Below are positions 1-12,683 of a stretch of DNA of 64,000 nt, one piece after another. The position numbers and the translations under genes are program-made. The notes below the pieces were generated by a model. The model ran no database searches. It saw only the letters and a list, made by a program, of their open reading frames with translations, and was not told the DNA's origin. Each line of letters opens with the position of its first letter. The first letter of the stretch is position 1. Origin of the DNA: Azolla caroliniana (lineage: Eukaryota; Plantae; Polypodiophyta); assembly GCA_043228905.1 (NCBI GenBank), contig JBHGNT010000016.1, positions 13,020,001 to 13,084,000 of the forward strand, written 5' to 3'.

Positions 1-3000
1 ATATTGAATCAAGTCGGAAAAGGGAAGCTCTGCATGAATGAGGCACTCAAAGTAGAACGAAGAGTCCAAGAAATGACGGGATGGGAGGACCCTGTGGAGG
101 AGAAGTCTAGCTTCGTCGAGGCCATGTGTCAAAACTACGATGTCCTAGTTGAAGAGAAACGAAAAAGACCAGATGACCAATCAGGCCCTTCAAAGAAACA
201 TGACACAAGAGAAGTTGTTCGAAGAAGGGAGGAATCATCACCGCCCCAAACGACAACCGAAAGAGGGTAGGAAAGAATCGGACCAGCATTCAAACTACGC
301 TCGAAGATAGAGCAATCCACTGACCTTAAGCGTGTGATGGAAGAAAGAATCCTACGAGAGGTCTTAGGAATTGCAAAGAAAGAATTTCATGATGTCATCA
401 TTGACTTAATAAAAAGGAAGAGACTAACGACAAGTGAAGAAGGAACTAGACCGGCAAATGTCTCGACGAGCGCTATCACAACAGAAGGTCTCGAAATTGA
501 ACAAGAATTTGTTGATAGCCATTTTGCAAGGCCACATTGGGCTAGGGCTACTACCGAGACACCGGTGCGGATGGGAGATTTGAAAGATTCAGTGGTGGTG
601 CTCATTGATCATGGCTCGGAGATCAACCTCATGTCTCTTGACTTCTATCGAAAGGGTCGTTGGCCCATTAATACTAGGCATGGGTGGAAGATTCGAGCGG
701 AAACTAGGGCGACGGAAGAGCTTCATGGGGCCTGCCCTAACGTTAAGGTAACTATTGGTGACGTTGAGCATGATCAACACTTTTTTGTACAGGAATCGGT
801 GTCACATCCTATCATCCTTGGCGAGCCTTACATAACAGCATCCCGGATGGAGACAAAGGTACTTGATAATGGTTCAGCATATGCGCGGATACGAAGTCAA
901 GATGGGACAAGCTCGGTTCAATTGCTCACGATACGACCGAACCATGAAAGAAATAGGCATAGCTTAGGGAAAGAAGCTAGGGAGGATTTTTAATTCGGGC
1001 TATTAGGGAGAGGGACAACAATAGTCTGGGACATCTAACTATGTCCCCAATTTAGTGTAATAAAAGTTGTCACCCCATTAATGAAAATGAAGTCTTGTTT
1101 TCTGAAAATGGGATGTGTAAATTTAACAACATAAATAAAGGAGATATTAAAATAGGAATCCTAGAGGAACAATTTAGAGAAATCGGGATTATAAGTGAGG
1201 AAGAGGCAATAAAGGGGTACATGGAGATGATATCATTTGATGATACTCTTGGGGAAATGGAGAAAGTCATCAAATCGAAACTGCAAGTCAACAAAATAAT
1301 TCCAATCAACTCTGTCGCCTTATACACCGCCATCGACGAATACGAACAAGGTGCCGCGACGGTTGAAGCCGAAGTTAATACCAAATACAAGATTGTGGAT
1401 AAGAAGGTTAAACTTGTGGCTGCTCCCTTGCGTGAAGACAATTGGCAGTGAATAAAGGAGGTAGCATGAGATCCGTGCCTTAGAGACCCTAAAGGAGTAG
1501 GGCATATCTTCACCGACGAAACTCGACGAAAGCTCAAAGTTGGTGGGGGTGAATTTTTGCTTCCCAAAGAAGAGTCCAAGTTCCAGGAAATGTTGGAGCA
1601 ACACGGGAAAGCATTTTCCTTTTCCCCACAAGAAATCGGATGTGTTGACCCAACGCTTGTGGAACCAATGGTTATCTTTACAATACCCCATGTGCCATGG
1701 AACTTGAAGCCAATTCCCGTTCCAAGAGCTCACATTCCAAGATTGTTGGAGCTGTTAAAAGAAAAGATTAGAATGGGAATCTTTGAGCCATCAAATGTGC
1801 CTTATTCAAATAGGTGGTTCATAGTGCCGAAAAAGAATGGAGCGCTTCGATTTATCCAAGATCAGCAACCGGTAAACAAGGTCACCATTCGTAATGTTGG
1901 TATTGGACCTAGTGTTGATGAGTTTGTTGAAGCTTTTGCAGGAAGGTCAATTTACTCGATTGGAGACTTGTATTCTGGATACGACCAATTTCAATTGTCT
2001 TTGGATAGTTGAGACATCACAACAATGCGGACTCCTATCGGGCTAGTAAGGATGTGTACACTACCGCAAGGGGCAACTAACTCGATGGCCCACATGATGA
2101 ATGCCATGAACAAAGTACTAAGAGATTGCATCCTAGATATTACAAGGCCTTTCCTCGATGATATCCCTATAAAGGGGTACCCCGAATCAGAGAAGGATGA
2201 GTCTTTAGATCAAGATGCATGTCGAAGATTTGTCTCAAACCATATTAAAGACTGTGGAAGAGTGCTAGAAAGACTACAAGGTGCAGGCCTCACATTCTCC
2301 AAAGAAAAATCAGCATTTGGCCAATGCGAGATCCTGGTAGTGGTACATCTTTGTGGACCATATGGACAAAAACCCTCTCCTGAGAAGGTGAATGTTATTC
2401 AAGATATGCCAGAGGAATGTGGAACGCAGACAGAGGTCCGAAGATTCTTAGGAGCATGTGCGTTCTACCATATTTGGCTTCCGCACTATGCTCATGTGGC
2501 CGAACCCTTGTATAGCTTACTGAAAAAAGGGAGAAAATTCAAATGGGAACCAATACACACAAAGGCGATGAAGAGGTTAAAAGGGCTACTAGTGGCAGCA
2601 CCAGCTTTAAGGAAAGTCATCTACAAAGAAGGGATGCCCATCTACATCACGATAGATACGAGTCCAACGGGAATTGGATGCGTCATCAACCAAGAAGGAG
2701 AAGATAGCATACGGTACGCCATCCGGTTCGGAGCAAAGGTTCTTAGCGAATGACAACAAGGATACGCCCAAGTAAAGCGGGAACTCTGGGGTATCGTGTC
2801 TGCAGTAAAAGAAGACAAGGACTACCTGATCGGGTCAGAGGTGGTAATTGAAACGGATTGCCTCCCAATCCTTGGGATGATCTCCGGATGTGCGACACCA
2901 GATTTGGCTATGTTAAGGTGACTCGTTTATATAAAGACTTTGAACCCGGAAATCCGCCACATTGCTGGGAAGAATAATGCCATGGTTGATATGTTGTCAA

Positions 3001-4508
3001 GAGCAAGATTCGAGGATGAAAGTGACATGGTTTCAGAAGATGAAAACGTCGCCCTCGACTTCTTCAAGGCAGCCCAACTATCGGCAAAAGACAGAGGCAC
3101 ACCAACCCTCCACGCTTTCAATGAGAACGAGTATGAAGGGGAGTGGTTACTAATCGGCAGATTCTTGAGAACGATGATGGCAGATGCTTCATGGACGAAG
3201 GAGGAGGCTCTACAAATACGAAAGAAAGCTTACCAGTATTTTCTGAAGGGAGGATTCCTCTAGTGGCATCCAAAGAGAAGGGTCGGGATGCCACGACAAG
3301 TAGTGGTGAAGAAAGAGGACCAAACAATGTTGATGTCTGAATTCCACGAAAGTCCATGGGCAGGTCATAGAGGAACGTGGGCAACGTTTGAAAAGCTAAA
3401 GGAAAAGTATTGGTGGATGAGCATGTATAAAGATGTACTACATTTCGTGTCCACCTGCGACAGTTGTCGAGTACATTCGAACGTACATCACCGTGATGGG
3501 TTGCGACCAACATACCCACTTACCATACACTTTAAATGGATGGTGGATCTTGTCTCAATGCCAATGGGAGTGGGAAAGATGAAGTACTTGGTACTAGCGA
3601 GGGAAGACTTGACAAACCAGGTAGAAGGACGAGCCTTAGCAAATATGACGATGACAGTCGTATGCAAATTTCTACTCGAAGAGGTTGTCTGCCAATATGG
3701 ATGTGTGGGAAAGATAGTGGCCAACCAAGGAGAGCTAGATGCACATGAAGCAACGGAGCTCTTTGATCGACTAGGCGTAAACCTCTCCCTCACAACTGCC
3801 TATAATCCGGAAGCAAATGGGAAGATCGAGCGAGGGCATGGGCCGATAGTCAAAGCCATCGTACGAGCATGCGATGGTTGAGTTGGGAATTGGCCGCGAT
3901 TATTGCCCTATGCATTGTGGGCCGATAGAACTACACATAGTTCCGTGACAGGCTATATGCCAACAGAGCTCATGTATGGACAGAAACCAGTAATGCCCAT
4001 CGAGAGGACGATCGCCTCATGGGTAGCAATACCATGGGAGAATGAGATGAGCCGGGAAGAATTATTGGCGGCACGAATCAGGAAACTTGAAAGAAGACCC
4101 GAAGACCTACATAATGCGCGAAAGATAATGAAGACAGCCCGCGTGAAGAATAAGATTCGGTTGGATAAGACACACTGACTGCGTCCCAAGAAGATTGAAG
4201 AAGGAGATTGGGTATTGCTCTACGACAACAGCCTGGACAACCAACACAGGACGATAAGGAAGTTCGCAAGAAGGTGATTCGGACCGTATGTGGTGATGAG
4301 TGCCAACGACAACGCCACCTACCACCTCGCGGAGCTAGACGGATCAAGGTTAGCCATACCCATTGCGGGGAAAAGAGTAAAGATATTCAAGAAAAGACAA
4401 GATGAGGGTCCTAACCTAGATGACCTCAACAATGAAGATAGTACGACGGCACCCACAAATGTGAGCGAGGTTGATGAGGACATGGAGGAAATTGATCGAT
4501 CACCGTAG
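1..4508 (+). pseudogene. Degenerate gag-pol of element A (protease, RT, RNase H, integrase)
   Basis: LIDHGSEINLM protease (ORF 334-993); DLYSGYDQF, LPQGATNS and PFLDDIP RT motifs (1557-2753); DTSPTGIG RNase H; H-X6-H and CDSC zinc finger plus TTAYNPEANGKIER integrase (3288-3881); many in-frame stops. Confidence 0.9.
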
Positions 4509-4569
4509 CCGAAATCTCACACTCATTTCTTGGCACGTACCGGAGGACGTGCGGTTTGGTGGGGGCGGA

Positions 4570-5196
4570 TGTCATGAAGATTTTCAGCAACAGTGTGAAA
4601 ATCGCGTGGAACGAGGGAAATCGAGAAGATGCAATATGCACACGTATGAAAGGAGTGATGGTTAGATGTGTATGTTAAACACATGAATGTGCATGTGTAA
4701 TGTGTGTTTAGGTGTTCATTACACAAAAATATATAATAAGCCTAATGCTTTTCACACGAACTGTTGGTACATGAGAGCTTGGATGAGGTACATGATCACA
4801 TGCATTTCCTGCATTGTATGCATGTAGTACACCCTCACATGCAGATATGCATGGGGGCATCTATATAAGAAGGAGAGGAAGGGAAAGGAAATCAAGCAAT
4901 GTATGCAATCAATAATAATTAATAAATCCTAGTTATCTCATTGGCAATGTGTCTTGTATCTCGACTTTGAAGTCAAAATTTCAAACCGGGAGTTGGGATT
5001 CTCGTCCATATCTATCTTTAATACTTCTCGCAAGTGCTAATCCTTCAACCGTTCCATTGTCTTCAATGATCCTTTCACTCCTCCATCACCACTTGTGCTT
5101 GTCAGCGCAGTGTAACGCGCACATCTCAACGTTTGGCACATGTGTAGCGTGCTTCACGACATCTTTGTGGTGCGGTAAATATTTTCACAATCTCTT

Positions 5197-5246
<50 letters not shown>

Positions 5247-5409
5247 CAAACCACACAAGCATCTTCGACAACAAGAACAATCCGATTGTAAACCTAAACA
5301 ACGGCCGACTCCTTACAAGCACAAGTCACCTAATCCATCCTCCTTGGTCAAAGACCCCGGTGGTCCCGTTCGACCGACCCGCAGGCGCGGATTTCCGCAA
5401 CAACGTGCA
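4570..5409 (+). repeat. 3' LTR of element A
   Basis: Starts TGTCATGAAG after the PPT; TATA (ctatataag) near 4861; (CT)n tract; ends aagaccccggtggtcccg...caacaacgtgca, matching the U5 end of element F LTRs. Right end inferred from that homology. Confidence 0.7.
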
Positions 5410-6920
5410 ATAGACTAGGGTGTAATCATGGGGCCAACACTTAGGGAAGGACTCTATGCATATCAGGCTAGAAAAAAACTCCGGCCGATCATTCAACAGT
5501 ACCTTACCGTACTATTTCCCCCTCGCGGACTCCCCGTCCCCACACCAAGCGAACCGATGCCTCCGCCGCAATCTGCGAAACGGCAGCTAGCAGAGTTAGC
5601 TACCACCAAATGGGAGGAATAAGCACAACCTTCTCCTACCACCCAGCGGACGACACAGAAGGAGCCACCGGCCAAAGACGCGGAGACGCAGCCCTCCACG
5701 ACAACAGTGGAGCAAGAGCCCGCCGGTGAAAGTCCCAGACCCAAACGACGAAGATTAGACCGAAAGGATGGCCGTGGATTGCTAAAACATACAGTCGTCC
5801 CCACTGAGACGACCAACCCTACAGAGCCCACTACGACACTTGAGATATTCCGCGAACCACAACCCATCATTATGGCAGAATCTCAGCGGGGCAAACGAGT
5901 GCTTACGACGGAAAGTGAGTCCTGACATATCCGGACATTCCGGACATGGCACATGAGTTCAGTGCATTATTACAATATGGCACCACGTATGAACTCATGG
6001 AATTCCTAGCGACTTAGCAGATCAAGGTGTCGTAGTGAATGGCCGAAGAACACGCCAAGCAGCAGATGGTAGAGCGCGCACTAATGCAAACAACGGAAAG
6101 CAAGGATGAGGTGCCTCTAGCCAAGGTAGACAGGCAGCGGAACGTGGGGATTCGGCATATGGGCATTGAACTACCCCCATTGAATGCAGCCCTGGTCGAG
6201 GCACATCAAGAATTGGTTAGAGTTAGTGTGGGGGCCAAGGATATGGCTATCAAGAATAAAAACGTTTGGAAAACAGTCAAGCTGACTCAAACCCAATTAC
6301 AGAAGGTCCAAGAGCGCATTACAGAGCTAGAACACAATGTCACTATGGCACCGCAAAACCCCAAACCAGCAGCACGTGAGGACACATCAATAACCCTACA
6401 AGAGGTGATTGCAGCACAAAAGGCCATCGCCACTAAAGCAAAAAGGGCTATGCAGCTTGCGGAGTCTAACATTGACCGCCTCCGCGCGGAACTCCGCCAA
6501 TCCTCCAATAGAGAAATGGACATCCAGGCCAAAGGCCGAAGGGCAGTGAAGGCACTCAAAGTGAAACTCGAAACGGAGGCATTAGTGCACACCAGCACGA
6601 AGGAAGAAAACACCAAGCTACGGGAGGAAGCCCAAAAAGTTGGAAGCGGCGATCTCAGGACTCCAGGAGTTATTGGAAAAGAAAAAAGCGTGGTACGACG
6701 AGCAGCTCGTATGGGAATGGGAGGTGACGCATCAGGTAGAAGTCCCCCTAAACAATGAAATGGGCCGGCTGGAGGGATTACACTTGAAAGAATCCCAGAT
6801 ATAGGCAGAGATGAAAAACCATTATGACGAAGCGGTTGCGGTTAATAAGCGAGAAATCGAAAACCTGAAAAAAACACTGGAAGAAACCCAAAACCGCTCC
6901 CAAGTGATAACAGATAACGT

Positions 6921-7481
6921 TGTCGTGAAGAATTTCGGCCAGAGGCGGAAACCGGGAAACATTGGCTACATCGGCGGGGTGCAGCGTGTGTACGCACCCA
7001 TGTACATTTAGTGTGAATATCGAGGGCGCCTTTATGGCGCCGAAGAGTAGTCAAGTCGGGACAGACGATCCCATGTAACTCGAGATTTGTCCCACATTGT
7101 AACGCATCCCTTTCCTTGTTCTATAAAAGGAAGGGAACGCCCTTTGTGAAAGGGTTGCCCATTTTGCATTAGAGGGTATACCGTTAGGTTTAGAGTTAGT
7201 TTCTTCATCTTCTTCCCCTTCGTGTTCGCTTAGGGTTTGCTTCAGCTCATCTCCTACGCAAGACCCCGCTCGGCGCGACGAGCCCCGTGAGCTCCCCGAC
7301 GGTGGCTTGGCAGCTAACGACTACTGTAACCTGCCATGGAACGGCTCGAAGCCGGGAATGTATTCTTCTTTTATATACATATATACGTTTGCGTCTGTCT
7401 GTTTATATTCGCGTCTTCGTTGGTGTCGGGTGCTTCCCCTTTCCTGCACTTCCTGTACTTAAGGGTGTGAGTCGGGTTGGC

Positions 7482-7512
<31 letters not shown>

Positions 7513-7536
7513 TGAGTGTGCGTGAGTCGGTGTTAA

Positions 7537-7603
<67 letters not shown>

Positions 7604-7733
7604 TCGGTTGCTTCCGGTGTGCTTCTGGGATGCCCCGGAAACGGTGAAGCACGACTTCCCACGCTCCATCACTCCCTAGTCCAAGACCCCCGTGGTCCCG
7701 CCTTTCTCCACGCACGCGCGTAACAACGCGACA
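6921..7733 (+). repeat. 5' LTR of element F
   Basis: Direct repeat of 11181-11961; contains (GT)n and (CT)n tracts that differ in length between the copies. Confidence 0.95.
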
Positions 7734-7737
7734 TCTT

Positions 7738-7755
7738 TGGTGAACCCGACGTGAA
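7738..7755 (+). promoter_or_regulatory. Primer binding site complementary to the tRNA-Trp 3' end
   Basis: TGGTGAACCCGACGTGAA 4 nt after the LTR; reverse complement of the plant tRNA-Trp(CCA) 3' end TTCACGTCGGGTTCACCA. Confidence 0.88.
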
Positions 7756-7875
7756 AGGCAGCAAGGGAGGATGGAGTCGGAAGACGACAACCTTACGGAG
7801 ATGGTGGCCGAAGTGGTGTTGGAGTCAGCACGAGTGGTGATGAGGTGAGAAGCAGCGCAACAAGCGGTTGAGCGA

Positions 7876-9153
7876 GTGGTCGAAAGAGTCGGCCGTTTAG
7901 ACGGAGACATAGTCCTATCTTACTTGGAAGCCTACAACGCGAAAATGGAGGAGCGTGGCGTAGACGAGGCGTTGAGGCTGGAGTTCTTCAGTCGGGTCGT
8001 GGCTGTCCGGATGCATGCGGAAATAAAGGAGCTCCGTGAGGCTCATAGTTCGTGGGAGGCCTTCGAAGAGGCGCTCCTGAAGGCATACGGAGGACGGCAG
8101 AAGAGCCGGGGACAACACGACTTTGACCAGTGGGTAGCATCAGCAAAGACCCACCGGGGCACGACCAAGGCGTTCCGAGAGTTCGAGCGACGGCTTGCTC
8201 GGCTCCCGGAGCGGGAACAAGGTTTGGTGGGGGCGGACAAAGTCCTATTGTTCGTCAGGTCGATCGACCGAACGAAACGGGAGGCCATTGGGATTGAGCT
8301 CGAAGAAGATGACGGAGTGAATGGGCTTACGAAGGACTGGTCGAAGGTCGGAAGGGTGTGCCAATGGCTAGACAACGAGCGAGCCGAGAAGGCTAAGAGG
8401 AAGGTACGCGACGGCGTGCCATCACAGCGGGAAGAGGCCGAACGGCAAAGAGCGACGGCAAGGGTCGGCGTTGAGGCCAGGATTGCGGAGGCGTACGCAG
8501 CTCTCGAGGCGATGCTCAAGGAAGAGGAAAGATCAAGGCCGCAAGCCGAGACTGAGGAGACGGACGTGCCCCACGCGACGGCGGATGATCGGTACCACGG
8601 TACCACGGGAGAGGGCGCGAAACAAAACGCCCTCTCGACTTGTAGAGATAGAACGGCCAAGGACAAGGCCGAGATACCGATCGCAGGATCGGAACATTGG
8701 GACCAGCGGTTTCGGGCGTGTCAGCCCGAGATCCCGGAAATCGGAGAAGCAAGCCCAAGCGGGGCTTGCGCGATCGGTAAGAAGACGACCGCCGACCACG
8801 GAGAGTCGGTGGCTACGGACAAAAGCGTAAAACGGACGGGCGATTCTTTGTGCCTTCCCACACTTGCTCCCGAGACGATGGCAGTTGGGCCCGAGTGCCC
8901 ACGTAAGTCCCAAGCGGAGGAAGGCGGCGGCGATAGACCGAGAATCACCGGCGAGACGATACGGGGAAGGAACGGACGAAAGCCCACGGACCCGATTCTG
9001 GAGAACTCGGCATTCGGGCCCGTATGCCCATGTAAGACCGAGGAGATGGATGGCGGTACTGAGGAGTCTTGGCACGATGCCAGCGAAGTCGGATGGGAAA
9101 CGGCCTGCGAGGAGGCCGAGGACGGACGCGGCACGAGGAGATCGGCATTCTGA
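7876..9153 (+). CDS. Gag-like ORF of element F (conserved N-terminal region, low-complexity C-terminal region)
   Basis: GRLDGDIVLSYLEAY...DKVLLFVRSID...GLTKDW, homologous to minus-strand gag fragments at 38069-38830 and 63687-63890. Confidence 0.65.
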   Translation: MVERVGRLDGDIVLSYLEAYNAKMEERGVDEALRLEFFSRVVAVRMHAEIKELREAHSSWEAFEEALLKAYGGRQKSRGQHDFDQWVASAKTHRGTTKAFREFERRLARLPEREQGLVGADKVLLFVRSIDRTKREAIGIELEEDDGVNGLTKDWSKVGRVCQWLDNERAEKAKRKVRDGVPSQREEAERQRATARVGVEARIAEAYAALEAMLKEEERSRPQAETEETDVPHATADDRYHGTTGEGAKQNALSTCRDRTAKDKAEIPIAGSEHWDQRFRACQPEIPEIGEASPSGACAIGKKTTADHGESVATDKSVKRTGDSLCLPTLAPETMAVGPECPRKSQAEEGGGDRPRITGETIRGRNGRKPTDPILENSAFGPVCPCKTEEMDGGTEESWHDASEVGWETACEEAEDGRGTRRSAF

Positions 9154-11180
9154 TACGGGTGGAGCGTAATCCGGTCATGGATCGTTCGATCGGGGCCGGA
9201 TTCGGCATGAAAGTGCCGATACGGAAGGGGGTGCGGGACGAGCCACCCTCTTTTACATGGGGAGAAAGACCGACCGGGCGAAGGTCGAGATTTGGAAAGA
9301 GAATGAAAGCCGGTCCTATGGGATTCCTTACGCCGATCCGGCTGCAGGCCCGAGTGCTGGCGTGAGTCCTATAAGAGAGATCGGTGGCGACAGGAGAACG
9401 GGACTCAGCAATCCGGAGAAGGACGAATGGACCTGGACGAGAACCGGGCGGAGCGGACTCCCGGATGACCATTCCAGGAGGGAGGAAGAGAGCAGGCCTA
9501 CGAAGAGGCCGAGGACACGGTACGTCGGTACCACGGGAGAGGGTGCGGAACAAAACGCCCTCTCGGCATGCGGAAAAGGACGACCTGGGACAGGGTCAAG
9601 AAGGTGACGAACGCCCAAGGAGGATCCTTCACACCGGTTCTAGAGACTTCGGCAGTCGGCAACGCGGTCAACGTAAGACCAAGATACTAACGGTGGCGGC
9701 AAGGTGACGAAGGCAAAGGGGCTACGGATGGGCGGTCTACGGAGGATCCTTCACACCGGTTCTAGAGACTTCGGCAATCGGCAACGCGGTCGACGTAAGA
9801 CCAAGATACTGAAGGTGGCGGCAAGGTGACGAAGGCAATGGGCGTAAGGAAGTCCGGTCCTACGGGATCCCCACACTTAACCGGAGACTCCGGCAGTTCG
9901 GCCAATGTGGCAACATGAGACCGAGAGAGAAGGATGGTGGCGGCGGGAAACGGGACCCGACTACGCGGAAGACACGAGGAGAGTCCGGGAGAGACACAAA
10001 CAAAAGGCACCCAAATTTCGGCAAGCATAGAAATGGAGTCCAGTCCTATGGGACCCTCACACTGATCCGGAGACTCCGGCAGTTCGGCCAACGTGGCAAC
10101 GTGAGACCGAGGGAGAAGGACGGTGGCGGCAGGGAACGGGACCCGACGACACGAGGTTTCGGAAGGAGCCGGTAGGGGCAAACACGGGGAGGTGTGTCAG
10201 GCCGGAAAGGCACACCTGGGACAGAACAAGGGTCTCGCAAGTGGCCATCGCGGGCCGGATCGAAGCGTGACTACGGGACGGTGTTCGGTGCGGGCGGGGC
10301 CGATCGAAGGAAGCCTAGTGGACTGCACAAGGTCGGAGTCAGGGGATGGCAAGAGAGGCCGGAGGAGGATCCTCCACACTCGCTTCGTAGATCTGGGGAG
10401 CTCCGTCGAAGTAGCGAAGACTGACACGGCAAGCCCGGGGTGACAAGCTGGTGGGGGCGAGGGGACGACGGCAAGCGGAAGACTCAAGACCTACTGCAGC
10501 AGCACGAAGACGAGAAGGGCCAAGCGGGCTACTACGGGGTGTTCCTCGGATGCAAAGGACACCGGTATGCAGGTGAGTGGCGATGCACGATCTGGCCGAA
10601 AAGGGGGCCGACAAGGCGTGCAATGAGCCGGAGTGCGACACAGGCAGTGCCAAACAACGGACGAGGGTATGTGGCACACGGAGGTGCCGGAGAGGAAAGG
10701 CGAGCGTGGAGAAGGCCGGAAAGGGATTCCCCACACTATTCCGGAGACCATGGCGGTTCGAGCCGACGCGGCGATGTAAGACCATGGAGAAGGAAGGTGG
10801 CGGCGAAAGGACGAAGGCAACGCGAAACAACATGGGACGACCATCAGGACATCACGGTTGGACGACGGAGGCCAAGCGGGCCACTACGGGCATGCCTCAA
10901 GCGGAGGACATTGGCCATACGGCGGGAAGCGGGGCGTTCATACGGCCGAACGAGGGCTAGCGAAAGTACACTTATTACGGAGATCGCGGCAAAGGACCCA
11001 TCGACAGGTCGAATGAGCCTACGGGGAGGTAAGCGCGAAGGAAGAATCGAAGCCGACGGATCAAACCGGCAGCGAGCCGAGATGCGGATCACGGAAGACC
11101 GGTTTCTCGCCGGCCGAAATCTCTCACCCTTCAACCAGATTTGGCACGTACCGGTGGACGTGCAGTTAGGTGGGGGCGGA

Positions 11181-11743
11181 TGTCGTGAAGAATTTCGGCC
11201 AGAGGCGGAAACCGGGAAACATTGGCTACATCGGCGGGGTGCAGCGTGTGTACGCACCCATGTACATTTAGTGTGAATATCGAGGGCGCCTTTATGGCGC
11301 CGAAGAGTAGTCAAGTCGGGACAGATGATCCCATGTAAGTCGAGATTTGTCCCACATTATAACGCATCCCTTTCCTTGTTCTATAAAAGGAAGGGAACGC
11401 CCTTTGTGAAAGGGTTGCCCATTTTGCATTAGAGGGTATACCGTTAGGTTTAGAGTTAGTTTCTTCATCTTCTTCCCCTTCGTTTTCGCTTAGGGTTTGC
11501 TTCAGCTCATCTCCTACGCAAGACCCTGCTCGGCGCAATGAGCCCCGTGAGCTCCCCGACGGTGGCTTGGCAGCTGACGACTACTATAACCTGCCTTGGA
11601 ACGGCTCGAAGCCGGGAATGTATTCTTCTTTTATATACATATATACGTTTGCGTCTGTCTGTGTATATTCGCGTCTTCGTTGGTGTCGGGTGCTTCCCCT
11701 TTCCTGCACTTCCTGTACTTAAGGGTGTGAGTCGGGTTGGCCT

Positions 11744-11774
<31 letters not shown>

Positions 11775-11961
11775 TGAGTGTGCGTGAGTCGGTGTTAAGC
11801 GCTCTCTCTCTCTCTCTCTCTCTCTCTCCCTTCGGTTGCTTCCGGTGTGCTTCTGGGATGCCCCGGAAACGGTGAAGCATGACTTCCCACGCTCCATCAC
11901 TCCCTAGTCCAAGACCCCCGTGGTCCCGCCTTTCTCCACGCACGCGCGTAACAACGCGACA
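11181..11961 (+). repeat. 3' LTR of element F
   Basis: Preceded by PPT AGGTGGGGGCGGA; direct repeat of 6921-7733. Confidence 0.95.
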
Positions 11962-12683
11962 ACGTATGCATACTTCTTCAAACAAATCGAGAAAGGTTCA
12001 CGGCGCAATTAAAAACGGCGCTAGACAAAGGGTGGATGGCATGGGCAACACAAGCGGCGAAGTTGCATACCTACCTGGCGGACTAGGAGAACCGAAGGAA
12101 AGAAGGCTGAGGTTTCTATAAACTCAATGAGGAAGGCATTGAAGCGCAGCAATACGCGAGGACCTAGTATAGGATTATCGCACACTAGCGGACCAACACT
12201 CCGAGGAACTCACATAGCTGTTAAACGACTTCAGGGAAAGTCAAGAGGATATTTGCAGCCGACTAATGGAGATCAAGAGCAAGCAACAATGTACGGAGCC
12301 TACTACGGTACCCGATACCAATTCCACCAAGCACGGAGAACCCTAGCCCAATTCACCCGAAATAACAACTACGCCTGGCAACATGGAGAACGGTACGGAC
12401 AGGACAGAGCCTCAGTCAACTGCTTGCCCACAGACGGAAGCGTCAAATGCAATAGACAAGAGCAAGCCAGCATAGCCGGCTCTGACCACGGAGGGAGAAG
12501 TGGACAACGTAGAAACCCCCACGCCGGCCAAACAGGACGCGCAACAAAGCAACAGAGCACCGACGAACACTACGCCATCTCCGAACAAGAACATGCAAGC
12601 GAAGCCAAACATCCTGGACATCTTGGAGGACGAATAGAGGAATGGGTCCAACATGCCATGGCACTGTCCCATAGGTGTGTAGG

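Larger units (their letters stand above)
1..5409 (+). mobile_element. Element A: Ty3/gypsy LTR retrotransposon, 5' part outside the window; non-chromovirus, same family as the tRNA-Trp-primed elements (possibly Phygy/Selgy-like)
   Basis: Domain order PR-RT-RH-INT, then PPT-like GGTGGGGGCGGA and an LTR starting TGTCATGAAG at 4570; pre-LTR and U5 motifs shared with element F. Confidence 0.9.
6921..11961 (+). mobile_element. Element F: complete non-autonomous (gag-only, pol-less) LTR retrotransposon of the Trp-PBS family
   Basis: Near-identical LTRs 6921-7733 and 11181-11961 (TGTCG...CGACA); 4-bp TSD ACGT (6917-6920, 11962-11965); PBS; PPT; no RT or INT motifs inside. Confidence 0.93.

Noticed and set aside
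5151-5270. Alternative ends of LTR A at 5161 (CTTCACGACA) or 5270
   Set aside because: U5 homology with F extends to 5409, where element B coding sequence begins
8043-11314. Many overlapping 60-280 aa ORFs on both strands
   Set aside because: By-product of GC-rich repetitive filler; no recognisable domains
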